A DNA stretch of 64,000 bases from an uncultured Planctomycetota bacterium (GCA_963737655.1 CAVTTN010000002.1:3392001-3456000); one strand, 5' to 3'; positions 40,636 through 50,957 are shown, numbered from the stretch's first letter. Notes: generated from the letters alone by a model not told the origin. A program made the numbers and translations.

Positions 40636-42087
40636 GTGACTCCGCGGTATCGCCTCGCCCTGGCCGCCGGCCTGATGGCCCTCTCCGGCTGCTCCGACGC
40701 CTTCAACTCCGGCCCGATCGGCTACTCCCACAGCCCCGAGCTGGCCAAGCTGAGGGACCCCGACACCAAGAAGCCCAAGACCGAGCTTCAACGGCGGGTC
40801 GTGCAGTCGCTTGACGCCGTCTTCGGCGACGCCCCCCAGAAGATCCTCGTGCCCAGGGGCGCGGGACTTCCGGACGGAGGCATCCACCTGGCCGATCGGG
40901 CGATCCTCGTCGGCCAGACGGGCAACGAGGCGAGGCAGGTTCAACTCACGAAGGCCAGTGGCGAGAAAGTCGCAAGCGAAGGCGGTTACTCGCTTTATCG
41001 CAAGCACTGCCTCCACTGCCACGGCGTGAGCGGCGACGGGGAAGGCCCGACGGCGGCCTTCCTCTGGCCCCGACCTCGCGACTATCGCCGGGGGATCTTC
41101 AAGTTCACCTCGACCAATCCCGGCGAGAAGCCGACGCGGGCCGACCTCCGCAAGACGCTCTATCAGGGGATCGCCAATAGCTCGATGCCGGCCTTCGAGG
41201 CCCTCATGACCGAGTCGGAGATCGAGCAGGTCATCGATTACGTGATCTTCCTGAGTGCCCGGGGCGAGACCGAGTTCCGCCTGATCGGCGAGGCCGGCGG
41301 CGAGGAGGAGCCGAAGGACTCCAAGGTCGAGTCGCCGATCAACGCCGAGAAGGCCCAGGAGATCGCCCAGGGGGTCTTCGACTCCTGGAAATCGGCCGAT
41401 TCCGCGGTCCTGAACCCCCCGATCCCCCGGACCGCCAACACCCGCGAGAGCATCGCCAGGGGCCGGACGCTCTTCCTCGGGCTGACGACCGAGAAACTCG
41501 CCTGCGCCGGCTGCCACGGCAACCAGGCCCACGGCGACGGACCGAGCTTCGTGCCCAGGGACATGTTCCACGAGGTCGTCTTCGGCGGAGACCCGGCGAC
41601 GCAGAACCAGAGACTCGTCGAGTTCATCGCCAACAAGGCCGACGCCGACAGCGCGAAAGTCGTTGCGGAATATAAGGAAGCGATCGCCAAGGAACCCGGC
41701 GGCGACGACCCGGCGAATTCGGGGTCGGCCGTCGGCGCGATGATCGAGAAGGCCGGCGGGTCCAGGCAGAAGGCCGAAGAGATCCACAAGCTCTGGACGG
41801 ACGGCTCGCTCGACGACTGGAAGAATCCCCTGCGACCCGCGAACATCAACGACGGTCCGGCCACGATGTATAAAGGAGGGCGCCGCCCCCTGGACATTTA
41901 CTGGCGGATCGCCAAGGGGATCAACGGCGCGAAGATGCCGGCGCATGCCACCACGCTGAAGCCGGAGCAGATCTGGGACCTCGTGAACTTCGTCCTGGCC
42001 CTGCCTTATGACCCGGAGATCCTCCGGGATGCCCCGACCTCGGTCGCCACGGCGGCCGGGGCGTCGGCCCCGTCATCGTCTCACTGA
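40636..42087 (+). CDS. Diheme c-type cytochrome lipoprotein
   Basis: Lipobox LSGC; CLHCH and CAGCH; PRPRDY..G.FKFTST; distal SSMPAF and AKMPA. Confidence 0.9.
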   Translation: MTPRYRLALAAGLMALSGCSDAFNSGPIGYSHSPELAKLRDPDTKKPKTELQRRVVQSLDAVFGDAPQKILVPRGAGLPDGGIHLADRAILVGQTGNEARQVQLTKASGEKVASEGGYSLYRKHCLHCHGVSGDGEGPTAAFLWPRPRDYRRGIFKFTSTNPGEKPTRADLRKTLYQGIANSSMPAFEALMTESEIEQVIDYVIFLSARGETEFRLIGEAGGEEEPKDSKVESPINAEKAQEIAQGVFDSWKSADSAVLNPPIPRTANTRESIARGRTLFLGLTTEKLACAGCHGNQAHGDGPSFVPRDMFHEVVFGGDPATQNQRLVEFIANKADADSAKVVAEYKEAIAKEPGGDDPANSGSAVGAMIEKAGGSRQKAEEIHKLWTDGSLDDWKNPLRPANINDGPATMYKGGRRPLDIYWRIAKGINGAKMPAHATTLKPEQIWDLVNFVLALPYDPEILRDAPTSVATAAGASAPSSSH

Positions 42088-42199
42088 GATTGGATCGAAA
42101 TCCGGCCCCGGGCCGGTTTCCGGCAGGGCCCGGGCGACCGGCCGCCGGCTGAAGCCGTCCGCCCCCTTCGCCGCGACGCCCAGAGCCCCGGAGCCTCCC

Positions 42200-43003
42200 G
42201 TGCGATATTGGAGCCTTTTGTTCATCGCTGCCGCCGTGGCCGTCGTCGGCGTCTTCCTGTACGCCCCGTTCGACCCCGAATGGTGGCTCCCCCGGAACGT
42301 CTCGCTCAAGGGGCCTCTGGCCTTCGGCGCCGACATCGACCACCTCTTCGTGATGATCCTCTGGATCACCGGGATCGTCTTCATCGGCACCCAGATCGCC
42401 CTGGGCTACGCGATGTGGAGATACGCGGCGAAGCCGGGCCGTCCTGCGGTGTATTTCCACGGCAGCCAACGACTTGAGGTGATCTGGACCATCATCCCCT
42501 CGGCGATCCTCGTCTTCATCGCCCTGTACCAGATGGGGACCTGGACGAGCATCAAGTTCCGATCGGCCCAGCCCAAGGTCAAGCCGGTGGCCGAGGTCAC
42601 GGCCCGGCAGTTCCAGTGGTTGATGCGCTACGCCGGTCCTGATGGGAAGATGTATACCGAGGACGACCTGCACACCATCAATGACCTCCACTTCGTCAAG
42701 GGCACGCCCGTCGTGATCCACCTGAAGAGCAAGGACGTCCTCCACTCGTTCTTCCTCCCCCAGTTCCGGATCAAGCAGGACGCCGTGCCCGGCCTGACGA
42801 TCCCCGTGTGGTTCGACGCCGACGAGGCCGGGACGTACGACCTCGTCTGCGCCGAACTCTGTGGCTGGGGCCACTATAAGATGCGGGGGAAGGTCACCGT
42901 CCACGATACCCAGATGGAATTCGACGACTGGATGAAGAACGCCGTCCGCCTCCAGTCGGCCAGCCAGGTCGCCGTCGCCGCCGCGGCCCCGGGGAGCCAT
43001 TGA
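42200..43003 (+). CDS. coxB: Cytochrome c oxidase subunit II
   Basis: LEVIWTIIP, DVLHSF, KQDAVPG, CAELCGWGHYKM (CuA). Confidence 0.96.
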   Translation: MRYWSLLFIAAAVAVVGVFLYAPFDPEWWLPRNVSLKGPLAFGADIDHLFVMILWITGIVFIGTQIALGYAMWRYAAKPGRPAVYFHGSQRLEVIWTIIPSAILVFIALYQMGTWTSIKFRSAQPKVKPVAEVTARQFQWLMRYAGPDGKMYTEDDLHTINDLHFVKGTPVVIHLKSKDVLHSFFLPQFRIKQDAVPGLTIPVWFDADEAGTYDLVCAELCGWGHYKMRGKVTVHDTQMEFDDWMKNAVRLQSASQVAVAAAAPGSH

Positions 43004-43008
43004 CGCCC

Positions 43009-44871
43009 ATGAACGCCCATCCCGAGAACGGTCACGGCACGGGGAACGGCCACGGCCACGCGGTCGCCGGCCACGACGCGGCCCACGGTCACGACGACCA
43101 CGACCACATCCACGCCGAGCCCACCAATCCGCTGTTCAAGTACGTCTTCTCCACCGATCATAAGATCATCGGGATCCAGTTCCTGGTCTCGGGGCTGCTG
43201 TTCTTCGCCCTGGGCGGCGTCCTGGCCCTGGCCGTCCGCTGGCAGCTCGCCTGGCCGTGGTCGCCGATGCCGATCCTTTCGAACCTTTTGTGGTCGGAAT
43301 ACGGCTACCGCATCCCGCCCGAGTCGTACAACAAGCTGTTCACCATGCACGCGACCGTGATGATCTTCTTCGTGATCATCCCGCTGTTGACCGGGGCGTT
43401 CGGCAACTTCCTGATCCCTTTGATGATCGGGGCGCGCGACATGGCGTTCCCCAAGCTGAACATGTACAGCTACTGGTTCATGTGGCCGGCCTTCATCTGC
43501 CTGAGCATGTCGTTCCTCGCCCCCGGAGGCTCCGCGGAGGCGGGCTGGACGAGTTATCCCCTGCTCGCCACGGCCAAGGCGTCCACGCCCGGCTCGCTGA
43601 TCGGCCAGACCTGGTGGCTGGGGGCCCTGCTGTTCGCGGGGATCTCGTCGTTGATGGGGTCGATCAATTACATCACCACCATCATCATGCTCCGGGCACC
43701 CGGCATGAAGATGTTCCGCCTGCCGATGACGGTCTGGGCCATGTTCATCACGGCCCTCCTCCAGGCGTTCGCCCTGCCCGTCCTGACCTCGGCCCTGGTG
43801 ATGCAGCTTCTCGACCGGACGATCGGCACGAACTTCTTCACCCCGGCCAACTGGGTCGTGGCGAACGCCGAGATGGGGGTCGGCGGCGGCCAGACGCTGC
43901 TCTGGCAGCACATGTTCTGGTTCTATTCCCACCCGGCCGTCTACATCATGATCCTGCCGGCGATGGGGATGGTCTCGGACGTGATCTCCACCTTCAGCCG
44001 CAAGCCGCTCTTCGGCTACAAGCCGATGGTCTTCGCCACGGCGGGGATCGCGGGCCTGGGCTTCATCGTCTGGGGCCACCACATGTTCCAGTCGGGAATG
44101 AACCCGGCCCTCGGGGCCACGTTCATGCTCTCGACGATGATGATCGCCCTGCCCTCGGCCATCAAGGTCTTCAACTGGACCGGGACGATGTGGGGCGGCT
44201 CGCTCCACTACACGGCGAGCATGCTCAACGCGATCGCCTTCGTCGCCATGTTCATCATCGGCGGCCTGTCGGGGATCTTCATGGCGGCCACCCCGGTCGA
44301 CATGCACATCCACGACACCTACTTCATCGTGGCCCACATCCACTACGTCCTGTTCGGCGGCAGCACGTTCGGCATCTTCGCGGCGATCTACTTCTGGTTC
44401 CCCAAGATGTTCGGCAAGATGATGAACGAGCCGCTCGGGAAGCTCCACTTCTTCCTGACGTTCCTGTTCTTCAACGGGACGTTCTTCATGATGCACATCA
44501 TCGGGATGCACGGGCACCCGAGGCGGATCGCCGACCCGACGATCTATCCGTTCCTCGCCACGCCGGGGATCGTTGGCATGAACCGATTCATGACGGTGAA
44601 TGCCATCCTGCTGGGATTCACCCAGATCATCTTCGCGTTCAACCTGGTGTACAGCCTGATCTTCGGGCCGAAGGCCGGCGACAACCCCTGGCATTCCAAC
44701 ACCCTGGAATGGCAGACGACCTCGCCTCCTCCCTACTACAACTTCCAGACGATCCCCAAGGTCTACCACGCCGCCTACGAGTACAGCGTCCCGGGCGTGG
44801 TGGCCGATTTCCTCCCGCAGACGGAGCCCCGTCCCGTGGAGGCCGGGCCGCTCGACCCGGTCATGGCCTAG
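43009..44871 (+). CDS. coxA: Cytochrome c oxidase subunit I (A2 type)
   Basis: TDHK, FTMH, WFYSHPAVY, VWGHHM, IVAHIHYV, PRR; TTG 43000 is an alternative start. Confidence 0.97.
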   Translation: MNAHPENGHGTGNGHGHAVAGHDAAHGHDDHDHIHAEPTNPLFKYVFSTDHKIIGIQFLVSGLLFFALGGVLALAVRWQLAWPWSPMPILSNLLWSEYGYRIPPESYNKLFTMHATVMIFFVIIPLLTGAFGNFLIPLMIGARDMAFPKLNMYSYWFMWPAFICLSMSFLAPGGSAEAGWTSYPLLATAKASTPGSLIGQTWWLGALLFAGISSLMGSINYITTIIMLRAPGMKMFRLPMTVWAMFITALLQAFALPVLTSALVMQLLDRTIGTNFFTPANWVVANAEMGVGGGQTLLWQHMFWFYSHPAVYIMILPAMGMVSDVISTFSRKPLFGYKPMVFATAGIAGLGFIVWGHHMFQSGMNPALGATFMLSTMMIALPSAIKVFNWTGTMWGGSLHYTASMLNAIAFVAMFIIGGLSGIFMAATPVDMHIHDTYFIVAHIHYVLFGGSTFGIFAAIYFWFPKMFGKMMNEPLGKLHFFLTFLFFNGTFFMMHIIGMHGHPRRIADPTIYPFLATPGIVGMNRFMTVNAILLGFTQIIFAFNLVYSLIFGPKAGDNPWHSNTLEWQTTSPPPYYNFQTIPKVYHAAYEYSVPGVVADFLPQTEPRPVEAGPLDPVMA

Positions 44872-45036
44872 CCCAGTCGGAAAGTGCGGAGTGCCGAGTG
44901 GGGAGTCGGACATCCCCCGATCCCTCGCTCGGCACTTGGCCGGTCTCCTAAACGGTCAGGACAAACACCATCCGGCAGGCCGCGGCCTGCCCCACGGAGA
45001 GAGACCGAACGTTCCGCCCGGTCGGCCATCCACCCC

Positions 45037-45999
45037 ATGACCCAGCACTCCTCGCTCAGCAACCGGCACCCGGCACCCTATCGGCGGACGGTCCACGCCG
45101 TCGCCCTGTTCGCCGCCGCCGTGACGTTGCCCTTGCTGATGACCGGCGCCCAGGTGACGACCAACCGCTTCGGGATGGCCGTGCCGGACTGGCCCACGAC
45201 GTTCGGCATCAACATGTTCCTGTATAACATGGCGGAGGCGTCTTACGCGGTGTTCGTCGAGCACCGCCACCGCCTGTTCGGTTCGTCCCTGGGGATCGCC
45301 ACCATCATCCTGGCGGCCTGGTTCGTCCTGGCCGACCGCCGCCGGTGGATGAAACTCCTGGGCGTGGGCGCCTTGCTCGCCGTGATCGGCCAGGGTTCGC
45401 TGGGCGGGATTCGCGTCCTGAGGAATTCGACCACGTTTGCCGCGATCCACGGATGCACCGGCCAACTCGTTTTCGCCCTGCTCGTGGCCCTGTGTGTCCT
45501 GACCAGTCGCGACTGGCTCCAGCCCGACGCCGAGGCCGACGATCCCGGCTCGCTCCGGCGCCGATCGGCCGTGAATCTCGGCCTGATTTATGGGCAGATC
45601 GTGATTGGCGCGACCCTCCGGCATTTCGGGGCGAATCTGCTCTTCCATGCGGTCCTGGCCGTGGCGGTCCTGGCCCATGCGGTGGCCTTGTGGATCCGGG
45701 TCGAGCGATCGGCGGCCTCGGTTCCCTGGCTGGTGAAACCGGCCCGTTGGATGGCGATGGCCGTGGCCGTCCAGGTCCTCCTGGGAATCGCCGCGTGGTG
45801 GCTGCTCCGGCCATTCGACGGCATCCCTCGACTCGTGACCACCCCCCAGTCGCTGGCCCGCACCGGCCACGTCGTCAACGGGGCGTTGTTCCTGGCCTCG
45901 GCGGTCGTCCTGACGCTCCGGGCATTCCGCCACCTGCGGTCTCCCGAGGTTCCCAACCGAGAACTCGTCCGGCAGGGAGCCGTGGAGGTGGTGGCATGA
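45037..45999 (+). CDS. ctaA: COX15/CtaA heme A synthase
   Basis: GMAVPDWP, EHRHR, QG.LGG.RV, AIHG, RTGHV. Confidence 0.88.
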   Translation: MTQHSSLSNRHPAPYRRTVHAVALFAAAVTLPLLMTGAQVTTNRFGMAVPDWPTTFGINMFLYNMAEASYAVFVEHRHRLFGSSLGIATIILAAWFVLADRRRWMKLLGVGALLAVIGQGSLGGIRVLRNSTTFAAIHGCTGQLVFALLVALCVLTSRDWLQPDAEADDPGSLRRRSAVNLGLIYGQIVIGATLRHFGANLLFHAVLAVAVLAHAVALWIRVERSAASVPWLVKPARWMAMAVAVQVLLGIAAWWLLRPFDGIPRLVTTPQSLARTGHVVNGALFLASAVVLTLRAFRHLRSPEVPNRELVRQGAVEVVA

Positions 46000-46924
46000 G
46001 CCTCAAGACCGCGATCCCCATCCCGCCACCCTCGCTCGCAACGGCCGAGGCGTCCCCGTCCTCGGCCGAGCGGCTCGCCGGCTTCGTGGCCTTGACGAAA
46101 CCTCGGATCGCGGTGATGGTCCTGCTGACCGTGGCCGTCGGCTACGTCCTGGGGCCGGGGCTCGGCCCTGCCGACGACCCTCTTGCTGACCCTGGCCGGG
46201 ACCGGCCTGGTCGCGGCCGGGGCGAGCGTCTGGAACCAGGTGATCGAGCGCGACCGGGACTCCCGGATGAGGCGGACGGCCGGTCGGCCGATCCCGTCGG
46301 GGCTGATCGGCTCGGTCGAGGCCGGGCTGTTCGGCACGGTCCTGGCGGTCTCGGGAGTCCTGATCCTGGCCATCGGCACCACGGGAACGGCGGCGGCCGT
46401 CGCGCTCGCCACCTTCACCCTTTACGTCGCGGCCTACACCCCGCTGAAGCCGATCACGACCCTGAACACGGCCGTGGGGGCCATCCCGGCGCGCGCTGCC
46501 TCCGGTCATCGGCTGGGCGGCGGCCACGGGGAAGCTCGGGGTCGAGCCCCTGGCCCTGTTCCTGATCGTCTTTCTCTGGCAATTCCCGCACTTCCTGGCG
46601 ATCGCCTGGCTCCATCGGGACGACTATGCCCGGGGGGGGCACCGGATGCTGCCGTCGGTGGACCCGACGGGGGCCTTGACGGCCGGGCAGTCGCTGGCGT
46701 ATGCGTTGGTCCTGGTCCCGGCGGGCCTCCTGCCGACGGTCGTTGGCGTGGCCGGGACGTTCTACTTCGCCGGGTCGCTCGCGGCCGGGCTGTTCTATCT
46801 GGCGGCGGCGGTTCGGTTCCGCCACGAGGTCGGGGACGCCTCGGCCCGGGGCCTGCTCCGGGCGTCGTTCCTGTACCTGCCCGCCGTCTTGTGCCTCTTG
46901 CTGCTCAACCCGATGCCGGCTTGA
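45996..46924 (+). CDS. ctaB: Heme O synthase (protoheme IX farnesyltransferase); frameshifts near 46150-46160 and 46487-46495
   Basis: LTKPRI (frame 1), NQVIERDRD..MRRTAGRPIPSG, YTPLK, VGAIP (frame 2), ALPPVIGW, WQFPHFLAIAW, DYARGG..MLP (frame 3). Confidence 0.9.
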
Positions 46925-46954
46925 CCGCGGACAACCCACGAAGGTGGACGACCG

Positions 46955-47932
46955 ATGGCCCACGCTCCTTCCGCCCCCCACTCCGCCGAGATGAGCACGC
47001 CCCACCCGCCCCTGGGGCAGCCGACGGTCCAGGCCATGCCCGTGACCCCCGGCAAGGTGGCCATGTGGCTGTTCCTGGCCACCGAGATCATGTTCTTCAC
47101 CGGGCTGATCGGGTCGTATGTCGTTTTGCGGGCCGGGTCTCCGCCAACGGCATACTCCAACCTTTTCCAGCCGAACACCCCGCTCGCGGGCCTGGAGAAC
47201 TCCAAGGGCGTCCGGATCCTCTCGACCGGGGCCGACGCCCACCGGGTCGCCGAGCTGTTCGTCGAGACGTGCGGCTATCCCGTCGCGCCGAGCGAGTCCG
47301 ACGCCGCCTTCAAGAAGAGGATGGAGGAGCTCGTCGAGGAAGGGTCCGCGATCACCCGGGGGAGGAACCCGGCCGACGCCGAGGCCCTCGCCTCCCGGTT
47401 CCGCTCCCTCGGCGCGACCATCGAGGTCGTGGGCCTGAAGACCGACAACTGGCCCCAGCCGTATGACCACCTGACGAACCCCCTGTCCATCGACCTCACG
47501 GCGATGAACACGTTCTTCCTGATCTGTTCGTCGGTCACGATGGTCCTGGCACTCTCGGGGGTCCAGCAGGGGAACCAGAGGAAGCTGATCTTCTACCTCG
47601 CGGCCACGGTCCTGATCGGCTCGGTCTTCGTGGGCATCCAGTTCATCGAGTACCGCAAGCTGATGTTCGCCGACGCCCACCCGATCGGGATCGGCAAGGA
47701 CGGCCACTTCCGCCCGGCGTCCAGCCTCTTCGGCTCGTGCTTCTTCACGATGACCGGGTTCCACGGGGCCCACGTCACCGGGGGCGTGATCCTGCTGGCC
47801 TGCATCCTCGTCGGGGCGATCCGGGGGAAGTTCACGGCGACCAACCATAGCGCCGTCGAGCTTGCCGGCCTGTACTGGCACTTCGTGGACCTCGTCTGGA
47901 TCATCCTGTTCACGGTCGTTTACCTGATCTGA
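46955..47932 (+). CDS. coxC: Cytochrome c oxidase subunit III with inserted soluble domain
   Basis: MWLFLATEIMFF, NTFFLICSS, FFTMTGFHGAHV, LYWHFVDLVW. Confidence 0.93.
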   Translation: MAHAPSAPHSAEMSTPHPPLGQPTVQAMPVTPGKVAMWLFLATEIMFFTGLIGSYVVLRAGSPPTAYSNLFQPNTPLAGLENSKGVRILSTGADAHRVAELFVETCGYPVAPSESDAAFKKRMEELVEEGSAITRGRNPADAEALASRFRSLGATIEVVGLKTDNWPQPYDHLTNPLSIDLTAMNTFFLICSSVTMVLALSGVQQGNQRKLIFYLAATVLIGSVFVGIQFIEYRKLMFADAHPIGIGKDGHFRPASSLFGSCFFTMTGFHGAHVTGGVILLACILVGAIRGKFTATNHSAVELAGLYWHFVDLVWIILFTVVYLI

Positions 47933-47977
47933 CCCGGACCGCGGACCTCCGCTCACCGAAGACGGGAACCCCGCCCC

Positions 47978-48511
47978 ATGACCGACCATAACCGGACGTT
48001 CGACGAGCAGCAGGACGTCGAGTCCCACGCGCCCTACATCACCCTGTTCTTCGTCCTGCTGAACTACACGGCGATGGAGTACGTGTACGCCAAGTTCCAC
48101 AAGTCCCACACGCTGGTGCTCTACATGGTCGGGGTGGCGGTGCTGCTGACCATCGTCACGGCCATCTTCGCCGCGTTCTTCCACTTCCGGTTCAACCGGA
48201 AATGGGTGTACCTGACGATGATCCCGGCGGTCGGCCTCTCGGTGATGCCGTTCCCCCTGCTGCTGGGCCTGCTGATCCTGGCGGTGACCAAGGCCACGCT
48301 CGTCGGCCTGTACTTCATGCACCTGAAGTACGAGGGGAACTGGGTCTATTACATGCTGATCCCGGCGGGCATCCTGGCCTGCGTGTTCACCACCGCTCTT
48401 TATCCGGACATCGGCATGCAGCCGACCGACGAGGACCAGGCGATCCAGGAACAGCCGCTGAGCCGGGCTCCGTCGCCCTCGTGGTCGCAACCCGTCCGCC
48501 TGCTTTCTTGA
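47978..48511 (+). CDS. Cytochrome c oxidase subunit IV family protein
   Basis: KATLVGLYFMHLKYE motif; operon position. Confidence 0.85.
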   Translation: MTDHNRTFDEQQDVESHAPYITLFFVLLNYTAMEYVYAKFHKSHTLVLYMVGVAVLLTIVTAIFAAFFHFRFNRKWVYLTMIPAVGLSVMPFPLLLGLLILAVTKATLVGLYFMHLKYEGNWVYYMLIPAGILACVFTTALYPDIGMQPTDEDQAIQEQPLSRAPSPSWSQPVRLLS

Positions 48512-48533
48512 ACTTGAACCGTTTCGAGGCGTT

Positions 48534-49610
48534 GTGAATCGTTCCTATCGGCGAGGGCTGGCGAACGTTTGCGGGGTGGTCGCCGCGTCGGCCCTCCTGT
48601 GCTTCGGCCTGGCGGGCCCTCGGGCGGAAACCGGCCCGGCCGGCGAATTGTTCGGCGGCCGGGAGCTTGGCGCGTTTCGCTTCGTCGAGCGGTCCGGCCG
48701 CACGGTGACCGAGGCCGACCTCGCCGATCGTCCCTGGATCGCCGGGTTCGTTTTCACCCGATGCCCCGGTTCCTGCCTGAAGATCTCGGCCGTGATGGCC
48801 GACATCCAGGAGAAGTTGAAGGGGACCGACGCCCGACTGGTCAGCATCTCGGTGGACCCGGAGCATGACTCTCCGGCCGTCCTCTCCGATTACGCGAAGA
48901 AATTCGGGGCCGACCCCGGCCGCTGGTGGTTCCTGACCGGCCCGAAGGCGGACACCTATGCCTTGATCTTTAACCGCTTCGAGCTGCCGGTGGCCGAGGT
49001 GCCCGAATCGGCCCGGGACGAGCGGCTGGAGGCCGTCTCGCACAGCGATCGCCTGGTCCTCGTCGATCGCGGCAACCGGGTCGCCGGGGTCTTCAACTCG
49101 ACCGACCCGAAGGCCGTGACAAGGCTTGTCGAGGCCGTGAAAACTCGCCAGAAGTGGAACCGGGCCAAAGCATTGGGCTGGCCCTTGCGGCTCCCGACGG
49201 TCAACGCAACGCTCAACGGATCGTGTGCGATCCTGCTCGTGGTCGGCTGGTCCCTGATCCGCCTGGGCCGGGTCAAGCTCCACGCGGCGACGATGATCGC
49301 GGCCATCGCGGTCTCGGCGGTGTTCCTTTCGTGCTATCTCGTCTATCATTACCTCGTGGGAAGCGTCCCATTCCGGGGCGAGGGGCCGATCCGCCAGGTC
49401 TACCTGACGATCCTGCTCTCGCACACGGTCCTGGCGATCGAAGTGGTCCCTCTGATTGCCCTGACGGTCTATCGAGCGGCCCGGGGGCGTTTCGCCGAGC
49501 ATGCCTCGATGGCCCGAATCGCGTTCCCGGTCTGGCTTTACGTCTCGATCACCGGCGTCGTGGTGTACTGGATGCTCTACCGGCTCGAACTCCCCACCTA
49601 CCCGGGTTGA
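48534..49610 (+). CDS. SCO (CuA chaperone)-DUF420 fusion
   Basis: FTRCPGSC, ISVDPEHD, HSDRLVLVD; then LPTVNATLNG, FLSCYLVYH, ILLSH..LA, WLYVSITGVVVY. Confidence 0.88.
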   Translation: MNRSYRRGLANVCGVVAASALLCFGLAGPRAETGPAGELFGGRELGAFRFVERSGRTVTEADLADRPWIAGFVFTRCPGSCLKISAVMADIQEKLKGTDARLVSISVDPEHDSPAVLSDYAKKFGADPGRWWFLTGPKADTYALIFNRFELPVAEVPESARDERLEAVSHSDRLVLVDRGNRVAGVFNSTDPKAVTRLVEAVKTRQKWNRAKALGWPLRLPTVNATLNGSCAILLVVGWSLIRLGRVKLHAATMIAAIAVSAVFLSCYLVYHYLVGSVPFRGEGPIRQVYLTILLSHTVLAIEVVPLIALTVYRAARGRFAEHASMARIAFPVWLYVSITGVVVYWMLYRLELPTYPG

Positions 49611-49635
49611 TCGGGCCGTCCGAAGAGGATCGACG

Positions 49636-49881
49636 ATGCGAAAACCGCTCCAAATCGCCGGCACCGCAGCCCTGATCGCCGCAATCTCCTGGACGGCTCC
49701 CGCGCACGCCTGCCCGAACTGCAAGGAGGCCCTGGCCTCGCAGACGGGCGAGGAATCGCACTTGAAGGACGGCTATTACTACAGCATCCTGCTGATGATG
49801 GGGATGCCCTTCGCCCTCCTCGGAACCGGCGCATTCTTCGTGGTCCGAACCGTCCGCCGAGGCGGCCTGCCCGAGCTTTAG
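49636..49881 (+). CDS. Small exported CxxC membrane protein
   Basis: Signal peptide ending AHA-CPNCK; C-terminal TM YYSILLMMGMPF. Confidence 0.75.
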   Translation: MRKPLQIAGTAALIAAISWTAPAHACPNCKEALASQTGEESHLKDGYYYSILLMMGMPFALLGTGAFFVVRTVRRGGLPEL

Positions 49882-49908
49882 GGCGGCTGTCGGTCGGGTG
49901 GAGCAGCG

Positions 49909-50031
49909 GTAGGGCAGGCCTCGGCCTGCCGAGACCCGCGAAGACGGCAGGCCAAGGCCTGCCCTACGAAATTGTCGTGCGCAATCCGATCGTGGACTGC
50001 TCTGGGCCGGATCCGCAAGAGCCGACTCTAC
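49909..50031. repeat. Family B REP doublet (49909-49967) plus decayed family C unit (50011-50031)
   Basis: GTAGGGCAGGCCTCGGCCTGCC ... GGCAGGCCAAGGCCTGCCCTAC; ATCCGCAAGAGCCGACTCTAC. Confidence 0.85.
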
Positions 50032-50957
50032 AAGGAGTTCGACCGTTCCCGGAGCCGACCGGCCGGGGTCTGATCCGCCAGCGCCTCGATCATTTCCCGA
50101 GCGGCCTCGGCCACGGCCGATTGCCAATCCGTTCCGAACCGGGACTTGAGATCGGGCCGGAGGTAGGCGAACGCCAGGTTCCGGGAATTGTTGATCAGGG
50201 CGCCCTGCCCGGTCTCGTCGAAGGCCGAGGCCGTATCGGCGGCCGTCCCGCCTTGAGACCCGTAGCCCGGCACCAGAAACGGCACGCCCGGCAGACATTG
50301 GCGAAGCTCGGCAAGCTGAGCAGGGTACGTGGCCCCTACGACGGCCCCCACCGCGCTGTAGCCCGAGGCGTCGCGATGGGGGGCGGCCCATCGGGCGACG
50401 AGCTCGGCCATGTGCCGGTAGATCGGCCGGCCGTCGGCGATCAGGTCCTGGATCTCCCCGGCGGAAGGGTTGCTGGTGCGAACCAGGACGTAGAGGCCGC
50501 GATCTCGTTTCGCGGCGACCTCGACGAACGGCGCGATCCCATCGCGTCCGAGGTAGCCGTTGACGGTCAGGGCGTCGGCCTCCCACGGGGCATCGGGGCC
50601 GAGGTAGGCGTCGGCGTAGGCTTCGGCCGTCGAGCCGATGTCGTTCCTCTTGCCGTCCACGATCGCGATCAGGCCGAGCTCCCGGCTCCGGGCGACCGAA
50701 TCTTGCAAGGCGCAAAGCCCGTCGGGGCCGAGCTTTTCATAAAAGGCGGCCTGGAACTTCACCGCCGGGACGATCGGCGAGAGGACGTCCAGGAGCTCCC
50801 GGGCGAACGCCCGGAACGCCTCGGCCGTGCCCGCCATCCCCGAAGGGAATCGGTCGAGAAATCCGGGAGGGAGGCTCTCGGCCCGAGGGTCGATCCCGAG
50901 GAGGACCGGGTTGCCCTTGCGGCGGACCGCCGTCGTCAATCGCTCGCCAAATCCCAT
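50028..50957 (-). CDS. pyrF: Orotidine-5'-phosphate decarboxylase
   Basis: LGIDP, VKFQAAFYE, DGKRNDIGST, RTSNP, VVGATYP, LVPGYGSQGG, NNSR. Confidence 0.96.
   Translation of the reverse strand: MGFGERLTTAVRRKGNPVLLGIDPRAESLPPGFLDRFPSGMAGTAEAFRAFARELLDVLSPIVPAVKFQAAFYEKLGPDGLCALQDSVARSRELGLIAIVDGKRNDIGSTAEAYADAYLGPDAPWEADALTVNGYLGRDGIAPFVEVAAKRDRGLYVLVRTSNPSAGEIQDLIADGRPIYRHMAELVARWAAPHRDASGYSAVGAVVGATYPAQLAELRQCLPGVPFLVPGYGSQGGTAADTASAFDETGQGALINNSRNLAFAYLRPDLKSRFGTDWQSAVAEAAREMIEALADQTPAGRLRERSNSL

Noticed and set aside
44884..44940. Heptamer-like repeats (GTGCGGA GTGCCGA GTGGGGA) and ATCTGCGAC repeats at 32143-32162
   Set aside because: Too short and degenerate to call beyond likely decayed intergenic repeats
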